The translations under genes were made by a program, and so were the position numbers. Shown here one piece after another: positions 44,748-58,428 of a stretch of 64,000 bases of DNA. The notes beneath the pieces are model-generated. The model searched no databases. It saw nothing but the letters and a program-made list of their open reading frames with translations, and was not told where the DNA came from. Each line of letters opens with the position of its first letter. Positions within the stretch are counted from its first letter, which is position 1. Source of the DNA: Podarcis gaigeae (taxonomy: Eukaryota). The stretch lies in assembly GCA_964106915.2 (NCBI GenBank), contig OZ066915.1. One strand, given 5' to 3'.

Positions 44748-46794
44748 GAGCAGTGTGTTGGGAAACCTGGAGGGTAGTGGTGCAAAATAGCTGAATGAGG
44801 ACTGAGCATGCAAAGTGGCCAATAATGCTTACTAACCATTATGGAGGGATGGAAAACCTTGTGTTGTGGAGCACAGCACAGCTGAAATATGTTCCATGCA
44901 ACAACATTTTGTGAGATCGAACTCAGAGTCCTGCACTTTATGACTGATTGAAAATGATCCTGTCTTAAGGCAGCAACAGTGTCCTTCTTATGCTACCTTA
45001 AGAAGTGTGGAAGGCAAACTGCAGCTATGTCTGCTATTCCTGTGCTGCTTTGCTAAAAGATTTAGGCCTGCACATGCGCAGTGGCCTCAGTATCAGGAGA
45101 TGGGGCAGTGGAAAAGCCTGGCAATACTGGGAGAAGTTTCAAGTCTATGGGTGCTGCTCCTATGATCTGGATCCTCTAATGCTACTAGATCCTGTGTAAT
45201 AGCTATACGATGCTGCATCACTTTCACTGCTAAGGTAATGTCAGACCTGGCCCTCGGATGAAATGATTTGTATTTATTCCAACTCTTAAGAGTCTAAGAA
45301 AATTAGGAATTCCAGAACAAGATCACTCCCTCCATTGGTAGCCTATGGAATGTTTTGCAATTGACAGCACTACCAGAAAATGCTTTCTCCACTTTCCTAA
45401 AGTCACTGCTAAGCTGTCTGATGTGTTCATCATAATATTTACTTCTTAGTAAATAGGCTAAAAATCTTCACTTCTGATTCAGAACTGAAAGATTAGAGAA
45501 TGAAAAGAGCAAGATGACATGGCTGTTTAAAAAGTCCATGCAAAATGTTTTCTGCCTAGCGTAAATATTTAATTGTAAAAAAGAGAGAAAATATGGCAAT
45601 CTGTTGTGTTTATTGAGGGAGGGATGCAAAATGTGCACTGAGTGCAGGGTGGGGCTGGCTGGCTTTGCTACTATAGATTCCATCCCTCTTGAAGATCACT
45701 GTGTGTTCTCTCTAATCTCCAGGCCAATGTAACGCTGGTGGGCTCATCTGAAATGTCCTCATGAGAACTCCCTGGAACACACACTGATGATACAAGAGAA
45801 GCTAGCAGGCAGGCAGGAGGATAGTTCAAATGCCGGCCTGAGTGTGCCTCCTTTCTCTAGTGCCCTCTGTGTAGCAGTGGTTATACAACTCTTGCAATAA
45901 TTACTTCCATGGTGGGCGTTGGTGGAGAAGGTCTGGGATTCCGCCTATGGTGCTGGATTTTGGGGCACCAGAATTGACACACTGAAGCATGCTGTCATCC
46001 TGACACTACTGCATTTTCCTACCCTGATCTTAAGCATACCTGCACTTCCTGAGTGTCACACAGCAGACAAAGGGGAGGTCTATAACAACAGCACGAGTGT
46101 TATGTGTAGATCCGTCAGTAGTCTCAGTCAAGAGCATCCCCATATTCAGAAGCCTTATTGTATATAAATGACAGTCCTAGATTTATGTAAACTGAGACAC
46201 ACACCTCTTCTGTATAAGTTACTGTCAAGTATGAAAGTGTTAAACTGAGCAGAGCAGCAGAGAATTACTGTGGCAAATTTGCTTCCTTATCTCAATCATA
46301 TTCAGAGCAATCCTGTAAAGGTCAGTTACCATTACCCCCATTTTACAAACAAGAAATACAGCCTGAGACACAATGCCTTGCCCACAAACGTCCAGCAAGT
46401 CCACAGCTCAGGTAACATTTAAAATGAAGGATACCCAACATTTTATTGACTGGACAGCAGTGAGTCTAAACACACAACACAAACAATGATCTTCGGTTGC
46501 TTAAAAGCATTGTGCAATCAAGTAATGAAGTAGTCTGTGAAACAGGCACAGCAACCCAAGAGAATGTAAGCTAACTATTTTCAAGGCAGCAAAATCTCAT
46601 TAATGACTATGAAACGTATCTGGGAAAAAAAGAAGATGGGTTGATGAATTGATCAAATCTAATTCCCATATGGGGTGGTCATTTTGCTGCTGAAATGCTG
46701 AACTGGCAAAAATAGACATGGGGATACACTCAATCTATTAAAAAACAAACCACACACAACCTGGTGAATGTTATGACTCAGTTTACAAGCCAGC

Positions 46795-46990
46795 AAAGTG
46801 TGTAGGTGATAGAATGTTTGACTCAGATAAGGGAGACCTGGTTTCAAATCTTCACTGAGGTATGAAGCTTACTAGGCAGTCAAGGGCCAGTCACTGTCTC
46901 TCAACCTAACCTACCAGACAGGGTTATTGTGAGGATAAAAATGATAACACAGTATGTGTCATGCTGAGCTCCTTGGAGAACCAGCAGGAG
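46795..46990 (+). mobile_element. CORE/L2-tailed squamate SINE
   Basis: GGGAGACCTGGTTTCAAATC..CAGTCACTGTCTCTCAACCTAACCTACC..CAGGGTTATTGTGAGGATAAAA. Confidence 0.6.
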
Positions 46991-47064
46991 TAAAATATCC
47001 AGCTTCAGTTTGGTCCACAGTATTATGCATTGTGCAAGAGCAAAGCAACCTCCCAATCAAAATA

Positions 47065-47290
47065 CAGTGGTACCTTGGGTTAAGAACTTAATTCGTTCTG
47101 GAGGTCTGTTCTTAACCTGAAACTGTTCTTAACCTGAAGCACCACTTTAGCTAATGGGGCCTCCTGCTGCTGCCGCACCGCCGGAGCACGATTTCTGTTC
47201 TCATCCTGAAGCAAAGTTCTGAACCTGAGGTGCTATTTCTGGGTTAGCAGAGTCTGTAACCTGAAGCGTATGTAACCCAAGGTACCACTG
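47065..47290. mobile_element. Tc1/mariner-type MITE (same family)
   Basis: TA|CAGTGGTACCTTGGGTTA...TAACCCAAGGTACCACTG|TA; 18-bp perfect TIR. Confidence 0.88.
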
Positions 47291-47309
47291 TAGTTAAACA
47301 AAGATGTGC

Positions 47310-47510
47310 AGCTGCTTCAGAACAGGTGTTATGTGTGTTCTTGCAGTCATTACCTGGCTGCTGCATTCTGTACCGTTGAGGCTTCTAAAGTGTTTTCAAC
47401 AGCAGTCCTACATAGGATGCACTGCAATAGTTTGATGTGGAGGTTACCAAAACGTGGAGCAAAGAGGCCAAGTCATCTCTATGCAAAAGGGTCCACAGCT
47501 GGTTAAACCT
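47310..47510 (-). mobile_element. Degraded L2-like LINE fragment
   Basis: CCTGGCTGCTGCATTCTGTACC..GCACTGCAATAGT..GGAGGTTACCAAA, homologous to 53300-53700. Confidence 0.55.
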
Positions 47511-50500
47511 CCTCATATGTACTGTACTTTATATGTGGTAGAAGCATGGGAAGGGTGCTGGGGGAGCAATACGCCTAACAGAAAGAGAGAAGTGGTTGCT
47601 ACAGAGATGGTCAGCCAAAACAAGCCACAGTGAGCAGCTAGATGGTTCTGCATGTGGATACGCAACTGAAAGGCAGGCCCAGAGTAAATGAAACCTAAAC
47701 GTGGGGCATGTCTACACCACAGACTTAAACTGGTTTATAGTCATTCCTTTCCCCCAGGGAACCCTGGGAAGTGTAGCTATGAATCATTATCTTAAGAAAA
47801 TTCTCAGACCAACTATAAGAACTAAGCTTTATTTTGGGGGTGGAGGTAGCTACCCTAATAGTGAAACAGGTGTAAAACTTATATATGTTTATGGTGAGCT
47901 CACAAATCCCTCTCATATCCCATGTCTGCCTTCTGGAAGTAATGCTTGAGTGGTATTCAGTGTTTCAGTTTGTGTTTATACCAGACCCAAACACTAAACT
48001 GTCTTCTTTTATTAACTTGTAATATAGTTTCAGACAATTTTGAAGGATAAATGACAGGCATTACCAGAATGACCCAAAGGACGACCCATGCCATTGTATA
48101 TTAGGGAAATGGACAAAGGTCTTGATATACGTTGGTTGGCTAAATGGAAGGAGGCACTATATTTTCTTGGAAAGCCTTCTGGTCTTTATTAAAATGAGAC
48201 CACGGTCAATCTCACAAAGCTCATGGACCAGGCTCTGGGCCAAGGAAAAGTTCCTTCTGCAAATATTTATTTTATCATATCAATGACAAACTCCTTGGTA
48301 TAAACATTTTTATTTAATCATAATTTACCAATTATTTTAAATCAATTGTTTGCTTGGTTTCTAAACACTAATCAAGAGGACCACATTAAAATTTGCTCAG
48401 GCAGATAAGATGCATTATCTCACTGCGGCTTTGTGGTCATAATAGTCTGGCATGTTTCCTGAAGAAGGGGGCATAGATTAAGGATCTCACACCCTCTGGG
48501 ATTCAATGCCCAAATCTAGCCGGCAAATGATTTCTCTCACTGCTAGCCAAAGTGGGAGATACATGTTTTCGTGAGTATTGAGACGGTAATCAACAGGAGC
48601 TTTCTGGGGATATATACAGTATCGTGACCTTTTATTGTCCAGTTTTCTTGATACAATTTTGTCCCACATCATAATTTTCTCTTCTTCCCTAGAACAAACA
48701 CTAAAGCTGACTTTTCCACTACTATGTTTCTGTTTGGACAAAAGAAGCTTTTTCAAGGATATTTAGGTCAAAATGCTGCTCTGATTACCAACCCTTGAGC
48801 CCTTAAAACCAAGGCTAACAAACATAATGGCCTCCTGATGTTGGTGAACCACAATTTCTATCAGCCTCAGCCAGCATGGCCAATGGTCAGGGATGGTGGG
48901 AGTTGCCATCCAACATCACCATGATGGCTGCCCTTGCCATAAACAGTTTGTCATAAATATACAGAGTAGAACTGTTACCTAATTGAATAACATTTAATCA
49001 TAGAATTTTCAGATGATAAATTCTATGATGCCGTGTTGAAAAAGCTTCTCTGCTTCACTTCAATGAAAGTGTTTTTTCTTTGTTTTTTGAGTGTTTTGCT
49101 TCTCTTATAATAGCTTTAAATCTTGGGACATTCAACACTCCTTCCAATCTGTCCACTAGACAGAGTATATTTATTCTTATAGCTGTAGGAATCCTGTGCT
49201 TCTGTTACAATGCTGAAATGCATTTGATGGCTGTGCAGAATGAAACAAAACCTCTAAGAGGAGACCCCCTTCTGTTTTTTTCACACAGGAGCAAAGTACA
49301 GTGGGCAAGGGAAAGAGTCCTCAATTTGCCCATCAAAATTCAAGCACCACTCAAAATTAATATCGGAAGGCTCGGTTAAGGCAAATTCTGCATGCAAGAG
49401 CAACGGATGATGGAAGCAGAATTATCAGGCAAATTGACACACTGATTGCAAAGCTAATCTGTATGCATCTTTCCCATGCTCCCCATGGACAAATGCTGAA
49501 GTCACTAGTTCCCTGGGATATCACGGATCTCCATAAAAGTCAAGTTGAAAACATGGTTTATAACCTTGCAGCTTTGCTTGCTCAAAAAGCATCTCAGCCT
49601 CCTGTTCCTCTCAGAATCTTTGCTCCTCACTTCAATGGAGATTGCCCAATAAATTAGGTCTCTGGGGGAATTCTTTTCCCACACCCATATCTGCTTCTCA
49701 TCTACTGCACAGATTTTTGATGTTTATTGTTTAAAAGATAAGGCTTCCAAGGCTCTCGTTTTCCCAGCAGAGTACATGGTGGCTGCTTGTCCAGCGTCCC
49801 TCCCACACTTTCTCTATCCCAATTTACAGAGCAAAGTTGGTGAACCGCTTGCTCTTTCAGCAGTAAAATGGGATCAAGTATCTAGCATTCCCATCAAAAT
49901 TAGAAAGGTTACCAGCATTGATCTTTGCACCAAACACCCTTCCTACTGCCAAGAGATTCCGGGCACCATTTCTAGCGATAGCAAGAAACTACGGCTACTG
50001 TCAACACCAGAAACCTGAGATAACCCAGGGGAAGTCATTCACCACATTCTTGACCATTCAGGTTTGAAATCAACGGGAGCTTTACTTGGGTTTATCTTTC
50101 TGTCCTGACTCTGCATTTAGAGAAGGAAAAATTATTCCAGGCTAAGCTTCTACAGACACTTTCAACTTTGTTCTTTCTTCGTTAGGAGCTCTTACCTCTA
50201 TGCACACACAATGTAACCATGTGGAGGCAGGTATGAAGGCAAACAGGAAGTCAAAATCCCATACTTCTGTTAAGTTTCAACTGTTGAAAATGCTAATGTT
50301 CAATGGCTCAAATGCAACATTCTCCAAAAGATTCAGCTTCCACAGTTGGCAAATCCATTTCAAGATTTAGTTTGAATACTGCTTCTGTTAGCTAGAATGT
50401 ACTCTGCAGCAAGTATATGTCCCTATATCCCCGTAAGGCAGGGATGACCAATACCATGCTTTCCAGACAACTTCCCTAACCATTGGTCCAACATGCTGCC

Positions 50501-53299
50501 TTGTAGTCCACAATATCTGGAGGGCACCATGTTGGCTTGGCCCTTTCCAGCACAATTTTCATGTCATGTTGGGTTGTATCTCCAATGGTGTCTCTTGAAC
50601 TGACAGTGCAAGGTGCTTGATGAAACCTCTTAGAATAAGAGCTTGAGTTAAGTTTTACCATGCCTGAGTTGTTGGTGACTACTCAGTTCTCCAGAACAGA
50701 TTAGGGAGTGTGCAAGGACTACATGTGGAGCAGAAATTGCCAAAATGCAAGCGTTCCATCAACATGAGGGACAACTGGATACGACCCATTGAATGTGGGG
50801 AAGGTTGGGCAGCATGAGCATCCATGTCTTTTTTCCCCCTGACCTCAGCACATTCAGCTTAACATGGGCATAGATTCTACATTTGTAACCATGGTATGCA
50901 TGTATGTAACAAGGTATGTATGTTACAATTTATGTAACAACAAAGTTCCCAGTTACCCAGATAATCCAATAGGTGTTATATATTTATGACATTTATATCC
51001 CACCTTTCCTCCAAAGAGGTGAAGGTGGCATTAATGAGGCTGTTTTGTTTTAAATCTAATTTTTAAAAGGTAAGGCTTCTAATCACGTATTCTTGTATGA
51101 GACTTTTATACTGTGTAATATTCCCTGCACATATCGCTTCCCCCTAGTTTTCTTAGGAGTGCATTCCCATGCCTTGAATATGCTCATGGCCTGGATCCAA
51201 AGAAGTGTAGGGTGATTGGGATTTGTGTTTGTTCAACTGCAGCTCACCACATTGTGTGGCAAATTGCTTCTGAAACTGAAGGGAGTTTCAAAACCAGCTT
51301 GTGGGACAGCAGGAAGGGTCAAAGAAATAGAGGTGAACATACCTAGGCAGCAGGCACATATAACTCCTTGGATCACACCTATGTGCCTAGTTGTACATAG
51401 CAAGGAATTTCCACCACCCCCATACAAATTTAATAGAGACCTGCGGGTATAGGGCGGTATATAAATTCAATAAACAAACAAACAAATCCATCCATCTTTC
51501 CTCCCCATCACCATCTGGCTGGCCATTGCTAGAAACACAATACTAGAGAAGACAGCCCTTGGACTAATCCAGCAAGGGAGTTAATTGTATTACATAAAGG
51601 AACTATTCAATTTGTACTACCTGCTAAGCTCTTTTGCCAACAAGTGAATTCCAAAACTTTGATGACATCATGAAAACTTAGATGACATCACACTTTCAAG
51701 CTTTCATACAGCAAACCACTAGCAAGAGGGTAATTCTTAACAAGGCCTCTTGGGGGGACTTTCACAGCAAGAGAAGCCGATACAGTAAACAAGAGGAGTG
51801 CTTGTGGAACTGAGAAATTTTGTGCAACTTAAGTGACCATACATTTTACTTATATGATGACTATTCAAAGAATTAGCCTTTGGAATCAACCTGTGTTTCA
51901 ATAATCTGTTGTACCATATCTGAACAGCTAAATAATTTTAGTTAGCTCCAATAGAAAATTTGACAGTGAATACTAATGATTTTCAAAGTTGTAGAATGTG
52001 CTGAATAGGTGATTCCTGAAGGCAACTTTTTTGTTTTGTTCCACAACTGAGGAAGTAGATAACAGAAAATATTAAATAAAAACAAAAACAAAGAACATTT
52101 TGGGTGGAGTGAGTTTTGAGAGGGAGGAGAGAGAGAGGACTGGAGAAACTATTGGATGGCTTTCCATGCAGTGCATGTAATTTCATTATTCTAAACTATA
52201 GAGTTATTTGAAAGCTTCCTGCAAGTCTCTTAACAAAACTATATCCTATTGTAGACTTTGTTTCTTTGAAAACAACAACCGTGAAGTGTCTCTCCCACCC
52301 CACCCCCCGCATGAAGACATACAGAGGTAGAAAAGAGAGGAAATGTTTAGTTTTTGGAAGTGGTCCATTGGGCACAATTCTGTCGGTGAATCGTCAAGAA
52401 CCTGGCTTAGAGCTGAAGCCAGAGTAGAAAGCCAAACAAGACTACAGAAGATTAGGTTCACAGGAGGGGCAGTAGCCAGAGGCTGGCATAGAAAGCAGCA
52501 TGGAAAATGCTATGCCAGTGCATGCGCGTGCGCACACACACACACATTGAAAACTATCCCCCACCCCAACAGCAAAGAAGGCTGTGTACATACTATTGTT
52601 TATTCTGCAACCAGTGCATTTCTTTGATCTGAATTGGGGAAAAGAACAACCCAGAAGCATTTTAAGCCAGTAATGTATACAGAGTCTTAGAGAAACATTG
52701 ATGGCTACTGCTTTTTCCTTGCCCAGTAGTGTGTCAAGCCATGGAGCATCAAAGCAATTGTTGTACAATGGAGGAAAATAGGGGGGAGGCAGGGGCAAGC
52801 CCTTTTGTTTTTTAAATCAGGGTAAATAGCAGCTTGGGGTAGATTTTTGACAGGACAATAGCATGATGAGAGAAAGGGGTTTCTAAAACCGTCCCCTGTT
52901 GCTGTTCCAATCTGGGGCAGACTTCCACTCCTTTGCTTTCTGCTGTAAAAGTTTAAAAAACCCCAGATAGATTTACACATTAGCCACCAAGTCAATGTAC
53001 TGTACTTGTGTGAGATATCAGCATGTGTGCACTGGTAGGAGGCATGAATACTTAAATAATGGTTGGTGATAGTGCATATCCTTGTTCATTTGCAGTATTT
53101 ACATGCCACTTTTCAGGGCATATACATAAAAATAAATAAACAAATACTAAACTAACATCAGCAGCAGTAAAAGCTGTATATAGTCACAGTACTCTTAATA
53201 AAAAGAAGATTAAGATTAAAAAGTTTCAAAGTCTGTTTAAAAACTAATAAAAATGAAGGAGTAAAACACCTAATTAAAATGCAGTCATATGTGAACTCT

Positions 53300-53700
53300 T
53301 TGAGAGGATGTCCTACAGACAGGGAACCACCACCAAAAAGGTCCTGTCACTGGTGTCTGCCAATATGATGAGCACTGATGGCGGACTCTCAAGCAGGACT
53401 CTGGAGCTGATCTTAAAGACTAGGCAAGTTCATACGGCTACAGGCAATCCTTCAAATAGTCTGGTCACTAACTATTTATAGCTTTAGATGTCAATACCAA
53501 CACCTTAAATTGGACCTGGAGATGAAATCGTAGCCATCACAACTGGCATACTACAGAGGTTGTGTATTACAAGTGCTTAGCCCCAACAAGCATCCAAGCA
53601 GCTGCATTCTGAACAAGCTGACATTTTCCATGCACACAGAGTACATTATCCAGTCTAGATGTTACCAGGACATGTGCAACCATGGAAGATCTGCTCTCTT
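53300..53700 (-). mobile_element. Degraded L2-like LINE fragment
   Basis: CAACACCTTAAATTGGACCTGGA..GCAGCTGCATTCTGAACAAGCTG..CAGTCTAGATGTTACCAGG motifs typical of antisense L2 ORF2. Confidence 0.6.
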
Positions 53701-55419
53701 TAAATCAAGGTAGAGTCCCACCATGGAAACTAGGTGAAGACAGTGCTGACCACTGGCTGATGTCAAGAGCAATCAGTATTTTAATGCTGGTTCTCAATGT
53801 GTTTTATTGAATTTCAGCTATTGTTTTTAACTAGTTTCCTTTAACTACTTTGTTTTTAAAATGCAAGTTGCCTTGAATCCCAGATTGGAAGAAAGATGGG
53901 ATATAAATACATAATAATAATATATTAATATAATATTAATAGAAATGTGATTAGAGACAATTAATCTTTCAGCTACTCACACACACAGTGGCGGTGTCCG
54001 CAAATGTCATGAAGGCAGAATAGTGCCTTATTTTCTCAATCCCGGAAATGGCTAAATTTTTCTGGATCACTAAAAGGGATGATGATCCTATCCATGTTCA
54101 TTCACAATTAAGTCCTGTTTTATCCATAAGTGTGTTTAGTATTTCAACCTTAAATACACTTAATTAATTCCCTCTCCACAGGGAACCCTGGAAACTGTAG
54201 TTCTGTAAGAACTCTAACAAAGATTTCTCAGCACGCTCCTCAAACTACAATTCCCAGGTGGCCTTGACATTTAAACTGGTCTAATACTACTACATCTTTA
54301 GTTCAGATAGGCCCCAGGAGCATACGAAAGAAGTAGAGAAGCAGTGATCATGTGGGGGAGGAATAATCTTTTTCACCCTCTTCCTGTCCGTTTTTTAAAG
54401 AGGCAATCAGGGTTGTTGTTGTTGTTGTCTGTTTTTGTTGTACCTCATTAATCTATGTACTTAGGGCAAGATAAACATAATTGGGGATGTAACCCAGGTC
54501 AGTGTAAGAACCATGGAAAGCTTCTGCCAGTCAGAGTCATCAGCGCTGACTGAAAAAAAACGCAGCTTCAGATTCCATTGTACACATTTTTTAAATGCAG
54601 AGGTTCTTTTTATACAGGAGGAAAATGTCATGTATGAAGCAATCATTAGAAAAACAAGCTATACAAAAGAGTGTCTCTAGTCCAAAAGCCTGAGTTATGG
54701 TCTTTGAGTTACATAACTGAAAGTTATTCCTTCACTGCACTCTGTAAATTACTCAGTAGTGTCACTTAATTACATTTAATTATGAGAATTACATTTTAGC
54801 GCCTGTTTTGCAACTAAATGAGAAACAAATGCCGGGTATTAAATGCAAGACAGCCTTACAGAAGCCCAGAGACCAGGATTGTTATAAGGATGTCTTTTTA
54901 AAGATCCCTTCTGGAATGTTTTTTTGAACTTTTTGAAATGGCAAAAGAGTTTTTTTAAACATTGCAAGTCTCTCGGGAAACTCAAGTCTAAACTTAGTAA
55001 AAGGATTTTAATTTTAAACCATTCCTTAAAATAGCTGACGTAAAATTTGGTGGGAATTCTTTTAAAAGCCTAGATCGGCTGAACTGGAAGTGACATTTGG
55101 AAACTTAAAAAAGAAAAGAAAGATACATGACACTTGTTTCATTGTTGGTTTAGCATGAACTCATTAAGGACTGAATGACATCCCCCATCCACCCACTGGT
55201 CCAACACTCATTCCAGTCCCTCACCCACCCCATTCATAGCTTTCCCAAAAAGACAGGATAACAGAAGTGTGTGTCTATTTAAGATGCTTTCAAAAGGCTA
55301 CTTCCTGTAGTGATAGGAGCAGTTTTGAGAGACAAGGGCTACACATAACACTGAATTGCCTAAATCTCTTTCTTTCCCTCCCTCCCTCCCTCCCTTCCTT
55401 CCATAATGTAGTTGTGAAG

Positions 55420-56620
55420 GAGCAGTCCACCTTGAAAGACAACATGGGCAGCAATCCACAGCAGGGCAGGGGGCAAGTTTTTCCTATACTGAGAAAGCCC
55501 GCTTACTGTTTCTGTGGAGGTGGCTGTTGTGGCCCATTGCAGCTGCAGGCAAGTCTGGGTGGTGGTGGAGCTGCCTGTTCCTGTGTGGCCAACATACGAG
55601 GAAATTCCTCTTGTGGCTATGTGGGTTGACGGGCTTGTCCGCAATGTTGAATTCAAGTCGACCTACTGCGGGCGAGCTGGAAGGGACAGGACTCACATGG
55701 CGAACCTGAGTGGAGCCTACCCTGAGTGACTTTAATTGGGTCTGCCTCTGTTTAATTTATGTGCAGTCTGTCTGAATGTTCAGATGGGAACTAACTGGCC
55801 ATAGAACTCCCCAAAATGGCATCCTGAAGAAAATGGCCAGTTCGCTACCTGTGCTCTTAAGCGGGCCGGCCCTGCGCTCCACAGTGTGGTCGGCCCAGAA
55901 CACCACCCACCCAGCCCACCCTCTAATCTTGCTTTTACATTTGCAGTCTAACTTTTCCTTTCCAGGTCTGTGGGGATTGCTATGGTTTTATAATGGCTGC
56001 TGTTTTCTGAGCCGGGAAGGAATTTTCCCTGCATACCAGGTTTTGCCTTCCCCATAGCAATAGTCACAACTTTGGCGGTTTAGGCCTTGGGCAGAATCCT
56101 TTAGTCCTACATCTGATGAAGGGGTGACTCACCCGCTTCTTACAGCGGTGATAACAGGGTATCCTATCAGTCTTGAAGGAAGTCTCTATCCATAAAGTCA
56201 GGTGTGTGTGGCGGAGGGCCACAGAGCTTCCCTCAGCGCCTGGGGAGGGGACAATCTGTGTAAACCTGTGTTTTGCGATGGCCCCATTTCCCCTCCATCT
56301 GACCCTGTCATGCCTCAGACCCCCAACAGGGGGCTGAGAGGGATACATGCCCAATGCCTATGCCAAGGTTTGCCTACTCCTGAAGTCAATAAAGCTGTGG
56401 CCATTTTTAATCCCAAAATGTTGTTGTGTCCCTTCATTTCACCCCTAGTAGCTTGGCTCCCGCGGAAGTGGGTACTGCATCTGGGTCTGTCAATAGGCAG
56501 ACTGGTTATTTTAGGGTACACACCCAGTGCCTACACCAAAACCTACTAAAATCTGCAATCAATAAAGTTGTGGCCATTTCAGTCCCAATATATCGTCTTG
56601 TCTTTATTGCATCTCTCATA
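55420..56620 (+). mobile_element. DIRS/Ngaro-like (tyrosine-recombinase retrotransposon) non-autonomous remnant; boundaries approximate
   Basis: GC-richer block with two diverged repeats ending TCAATAAAG(C/T)TGTGGCCATTT (56386 and 56559) and a GGGAAGGAATTTTCCC..CAGGTTTTGCCTTCC motif; no intact ORF. Confidence 0.5.
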
Positions 56621-58199
56621 TCCAACCCACAGCTGTCTTAAGCCCACTGTACCTGGGCTCACAAAAAGCACCTTGTGCATGTGTGCCATTCTCAATGGGA
56701 AATGGGAAATCCTTGCCCTCTTTTTTTGTAAAAAAGCTTGGAGATCTTCACCAGCATCTCTGGTCTACATGCACACCAAATCCTTCCAAACTTTTGCACA
56801 TTTCCTAAACCAGCTTTTCCTCTTGGCTGTCTGTGGGAGCACAGTATCTCCTTAGGAAATGTAATGATGCATGAAAACTACCCTTCAGCTACACGCCAAT
56901 ACTTTGTGGGGTAACCCTTAAAGAGTAATCGTAGCTACATATTCTGCTCCTTTTAGCTGGAACGGCACTTACCAAAGCACACTGAAGAGGATGAGGGATT
57001 TATAGAAACTGAATGGAGAACAATGCTGTAGAGTCACAGAAGGAAAAGCATCTTGAACAGAAGAAAATCAAAGCGTTGCTCCTCAAACATTTAGAACATT
57101 TCAGGAGCACAAAGAAGATTCCGATTAGGCCTGGGTCACATTTTGCTAGGTGCTGGAATGGGAGGATTATACAGCTCAGTTTTTGGCAGAATGTGATGAG
57201 AGCTAGCTTTAATTTGAAATGGCCTAGTAAGTAATTCGGGGAACAGGACAAAACCACTGGTGAGCAATTAACAGTGCTAATGGCCTGACACCAACTAGCA
57301 TAGGCAGGAAAGGTTTATCAACACAGGAACAAGATAGAAAAGGTGTCCTGCAACCAAAAATTGAGCATATGAGAGAAGAATGGGGAACAATGGGACAAGA
57401 AGGAGAAGCAGAAGCTATTCTGTGCTAAGGAAACGGAAAGGGAAATCTAGGACGGCTTAAGTTGGAATGTGAACCAGCAGGTGAAGAAGAACCTGCCCAG
57501 CATATGAGAGGAAATGATTTTGTAGATTGCAAGGTGGAGGTCTGGCATGGACTCAGACTTGGGGGAAGGGAGAGCTGCTGGGGGGATTTCCCTATTTAGT
57601 CCCCAGCTCAATCCCCCACCCCTCGTCCTCATCCCAGTAGCTTGTTTAGTCAATGCTGTTTGTCACTCCATATGATAAGGCCACCTTCCCACACCTCAAA
57701 TTCCCCTCCCCCCTCCCCCCTTCACCAGAACTGGGAGATAAGCGAGGGAGGCCTCATTTCATTTGCCATAAAGCTGAAAGGGTTTAAGGAGAGGCCTGTT
57801 TAGGAAGCTGCCACTGATAGCTCCGTGACAGGTGTCAGCTTCACATGGAGCTGCCAGCAGATGCTAACATGAAGATTAGCTCCTGCCAAGAGGCACATAG
57901 GCAGTATGAGTGTGTATGTGTGATGTACATACACACACTGACCAGGAAACATTCTGAGAAACCCCCTGACACTGCTGATCCCATCATCTCTTGTTATCCT
58001 GGCCCTTCCCTTCTTTTATTTGCAGTTTCCCCTAATGTCAATTTTTAGATTTTAAGCTTCTTGGGACAGAGATCTGCATCTTAATGTTAACTTTTGCTTT
58101 GGTTTGGTTTGGAAAATGCCACTTGTGACATTGCACATTGCATGGGAAAATGTGCAGGTGAATGAATGCCTCATGCTGTTGATCACATTATTAGGTCCA

Positions 58200-58428
58200 G
58201 GATGTGAGGGCGATCTGGCTGCGATATCTGTCACCCCATTGATCGCCAGGGTTGATTCGGCTGATCTGGCTGGCTAGGAGGGTGTCCCTTTCCTCCTTCA
58301 CCTCTCCATGTGCATCCCTCCTGAAGCTGTGCACTTGGAGGAAGAGGAAGACCATCCCAGATAGGAGGAGTGTACCGTTCTTTTGTCAAGGGTATATGAT
58401 AGCTGTGCTCCCTTGCTAGAACCTCCAG
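58200..58428 (+). pseudogene. RN7SK: 7SK snRNA retrocopy (5' ~230 nt, 3'-truncated)
   Basis: Starts GGATGTGAGGGCGATCTGGCTGCGATATCTGTCACCCCATTGATCGCCAGGGTTGATTCGGCTGATCTGGCTGGCTAGG, the vertebrate 7SK 5' stem, and continues to GCTAGAACCTCC. Flanked by the direct repeat ACATTATTAGGTCCA(G) at 58185-58199 and 58429-58443. Many CpG>TpG changes; no terminal oligo-U. Confidence 0.93.

Noticed and set aside
56112-56140. CTGATGA followed by a GGGTGACTCACCC hairpin as a second hammerhead
   Set aside because: No GAAA box follows the stem, so the catalytic core is incomplete.
58200-58428. Functional 7SK gene
   Set aside because: It lacks the 3' ~100 nt and the terminator, has a TSD and CpG decay, and shows no evident PSE/TATA promoter.
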